DNA of 62,661 nt, the filler included, from Collodictyon triciliatum (Eukaryota): NCBI GenBank assembly GCA_043381765.1. It is 5 parts of 5 records of this genome, joined end to end, with 100 filler letters (N's around TTAATTAATTAA, not from the genome) between each part and the next. Parts side by side here need not be neighbours in the genome. Positions count along the whole stretch, not along the records: positions 59,127 to 62,661 come from JBHJMP010001974.1; 4 more parts are not named here. One strand, written 5' to 3'. Each line of letters begins with the position of its first letter. Position 1 is the stretch's first letter. The notes beneath the pieces were generated by a model that saw only the letters and a program-made list of their open reading frames with translations, searched no databases and was not told where the DNA came from. The translations under genes and the position numbers were made by a program. Shown in pieces: positions 61,221 to 62,661 of the stretch.

Positions 61221-62595
61221 TCGCCCAGCAAGAAACGCAAGGGAAGTGACCCGTTGTCCCCTCGAAATACTCATCCTTTAAAATGAAATAGGATGTAAAC
61301 CTTGTCTGAGATAGATGGTTGAATGAACTCGTCGGAATCGATTTTAGAAGTAACTGCCATGTGCGTACTTTCATCGTCCCGACAACTTTATCCGCTCTTC
61401 TGTCAGTCTCGAATACTTGCGTTAAAAGATTCCTCATTTATTTGTCAGCAACATTTAAATTACTAAATTTTATTAATATACGATATATTGTGGATTTCAA
61501 GTCTCCAATATATCAAATATTTGTATTTTTATAATTTCCATATTAATCGTTAAAGGTTTCTATATTCCAGTTTTGGTTTATTCTTTCAGTGAAATACACC
61601 AAGAATAAAAAAACGCATTTTCACAAGTAAATGTTCTGCTGGAAAGCTGTATCCGCATCATCACCATCTTGCTCTCTCGGCTTTGCGGCACCAGCTTTTC
61701 ACAGGACGCCGAAGAAGGAACGTGCTCCAAACCATGGGTTTTAGTCTGGTTAACCAAAGCAGAAGGGCCACACAGCCTTCTTGGGACAAATACTATACAG
61801 CTGATAAGTCACCTTCACAACAATAACAAAAAAAAAAAAAAAAACTATGTCATTCGTAATTCATCAACTTAGTTCCTTTTTTAAAATAAAAAACAGGGAG
61901 AAAAAAAAAACAACAAAAAAAGCCGATCAATCCTTACATGAGAAGGAATGAAAATCTCCTATTCACCAGTTGGGTGGAAAGGAAAGGAAAGACTGAGGTT
62001 ATGATAGCTGGAATGGTAGAGCTAAGTAACATAATATGAGAAAAATATATAAAGGAACAAAAAAAAATGAGGGAAATAAAATGTCAAAACATGCTACCGA
62101 CCCAATCACTCTATTACTCAAATATTTATACTGCTCCTTAAAAACGGTATTCAGTATCTGAACATTTTTCCCTTTTAAAAAATCGGTAAGTAACCAAAAT
62201 AAAATCATCCTTAAGTTTACTTCGTATAATATAAAATAAAACGAAAAAAAAAAGAGAAGGTATAGAGCCTACGTAAAGAAAACAACTTATCTATACAAAA
62301 ACAAATACGCAGCCTATAACTGGAAACGAAATCACCTACAGCCATGATTAAACTAGGTAAACCACTTTCTTATTTTATATATAGAATGGTAGCCATTTGG
62401 TTACTACCTATACTGATAATTAATTTTTTCCCCCTTAATCCTATGGATGCATGGTGAAAATTTTTTTTATCTGAAACCCAAAAACCATAGTAAATAATTA
62501 ATCAACTGAATCATACTTTTGCGATTTGAAATTCGTAGACTTGGTGGAAAACTGAACGATTTTGACGTTTAAATTTATAAAATTGATGATATAAT

Positions 62596-62661
62596 CCCCC
62601 CCCCCCCCCCCCCCCCCCCCACCCCCACCCCCCCCCCCCGCCACCCCCCGCCCCGCCCCCC
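62596..62661. repeat. Poly-C tract at window end
   Basis: Direct reading. Confidence 0.9.

Noticed and set aside
61700-62360. Possible short spliced gene start (MGFSLVNQ..ADK|NENLLFTSWVERKGKTE|)
   Set aside because: I could not extend it into a consistent model and it has no recognisable motif.
62596-62661. Telomere or functional G-quadruplex
   Set aside because: An irregular homopolymer with no telomeric unit; may be a sequencing artefact or simple repeat.

Overview
Eukaryotic, intron-rich DNA read in the standard genetic code. It probably comes from a flagellated protist, inferred from IQCB1/NPHP5-like and FSIP1-like genes. The window is not one locus. Four identical 100-bp linkers (44 N + TTAATTAATTAA + 44 N) join five separate scaffolds; the three complete ones are 14,681, 14,678 and 14,679 bp, which points to size-sorted concatenation. 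I assembled about 17 spliced gene models by hand: a hypothetical protein with a long 3' hairpin, a chromodomain+WWE protein, an NHL-repeat protein, FSIP1-like, GT8 glycosyltransferase, SMYD-like SET protein, a large LRR protein, REEP/HVA22, MED9-like, IQCB1-like, a giant EEKT-repeat protein ending in an Rdx-type CxxC domain, a DGAT2/TMEM68-like acyltransferase, a low-complexity IQ protein, a polytopic membrane protein and other hypotheticals. There is also an orphan non-LTR ORF1-like sequence. Introns are dense with microsatellites. Highlights are a clear U12-type (minor) intron in the IQCB1-like gene plus a second candidate, the chromo+WWE fusion, the EEKT-Rdx protein, a 3' hairpin overlapping a stop codon, and frequent AAG or purine-rich acceptors. 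All family calls come from motif recognition without database searches. Exon boundaries and gene ends are approximate unless stated.
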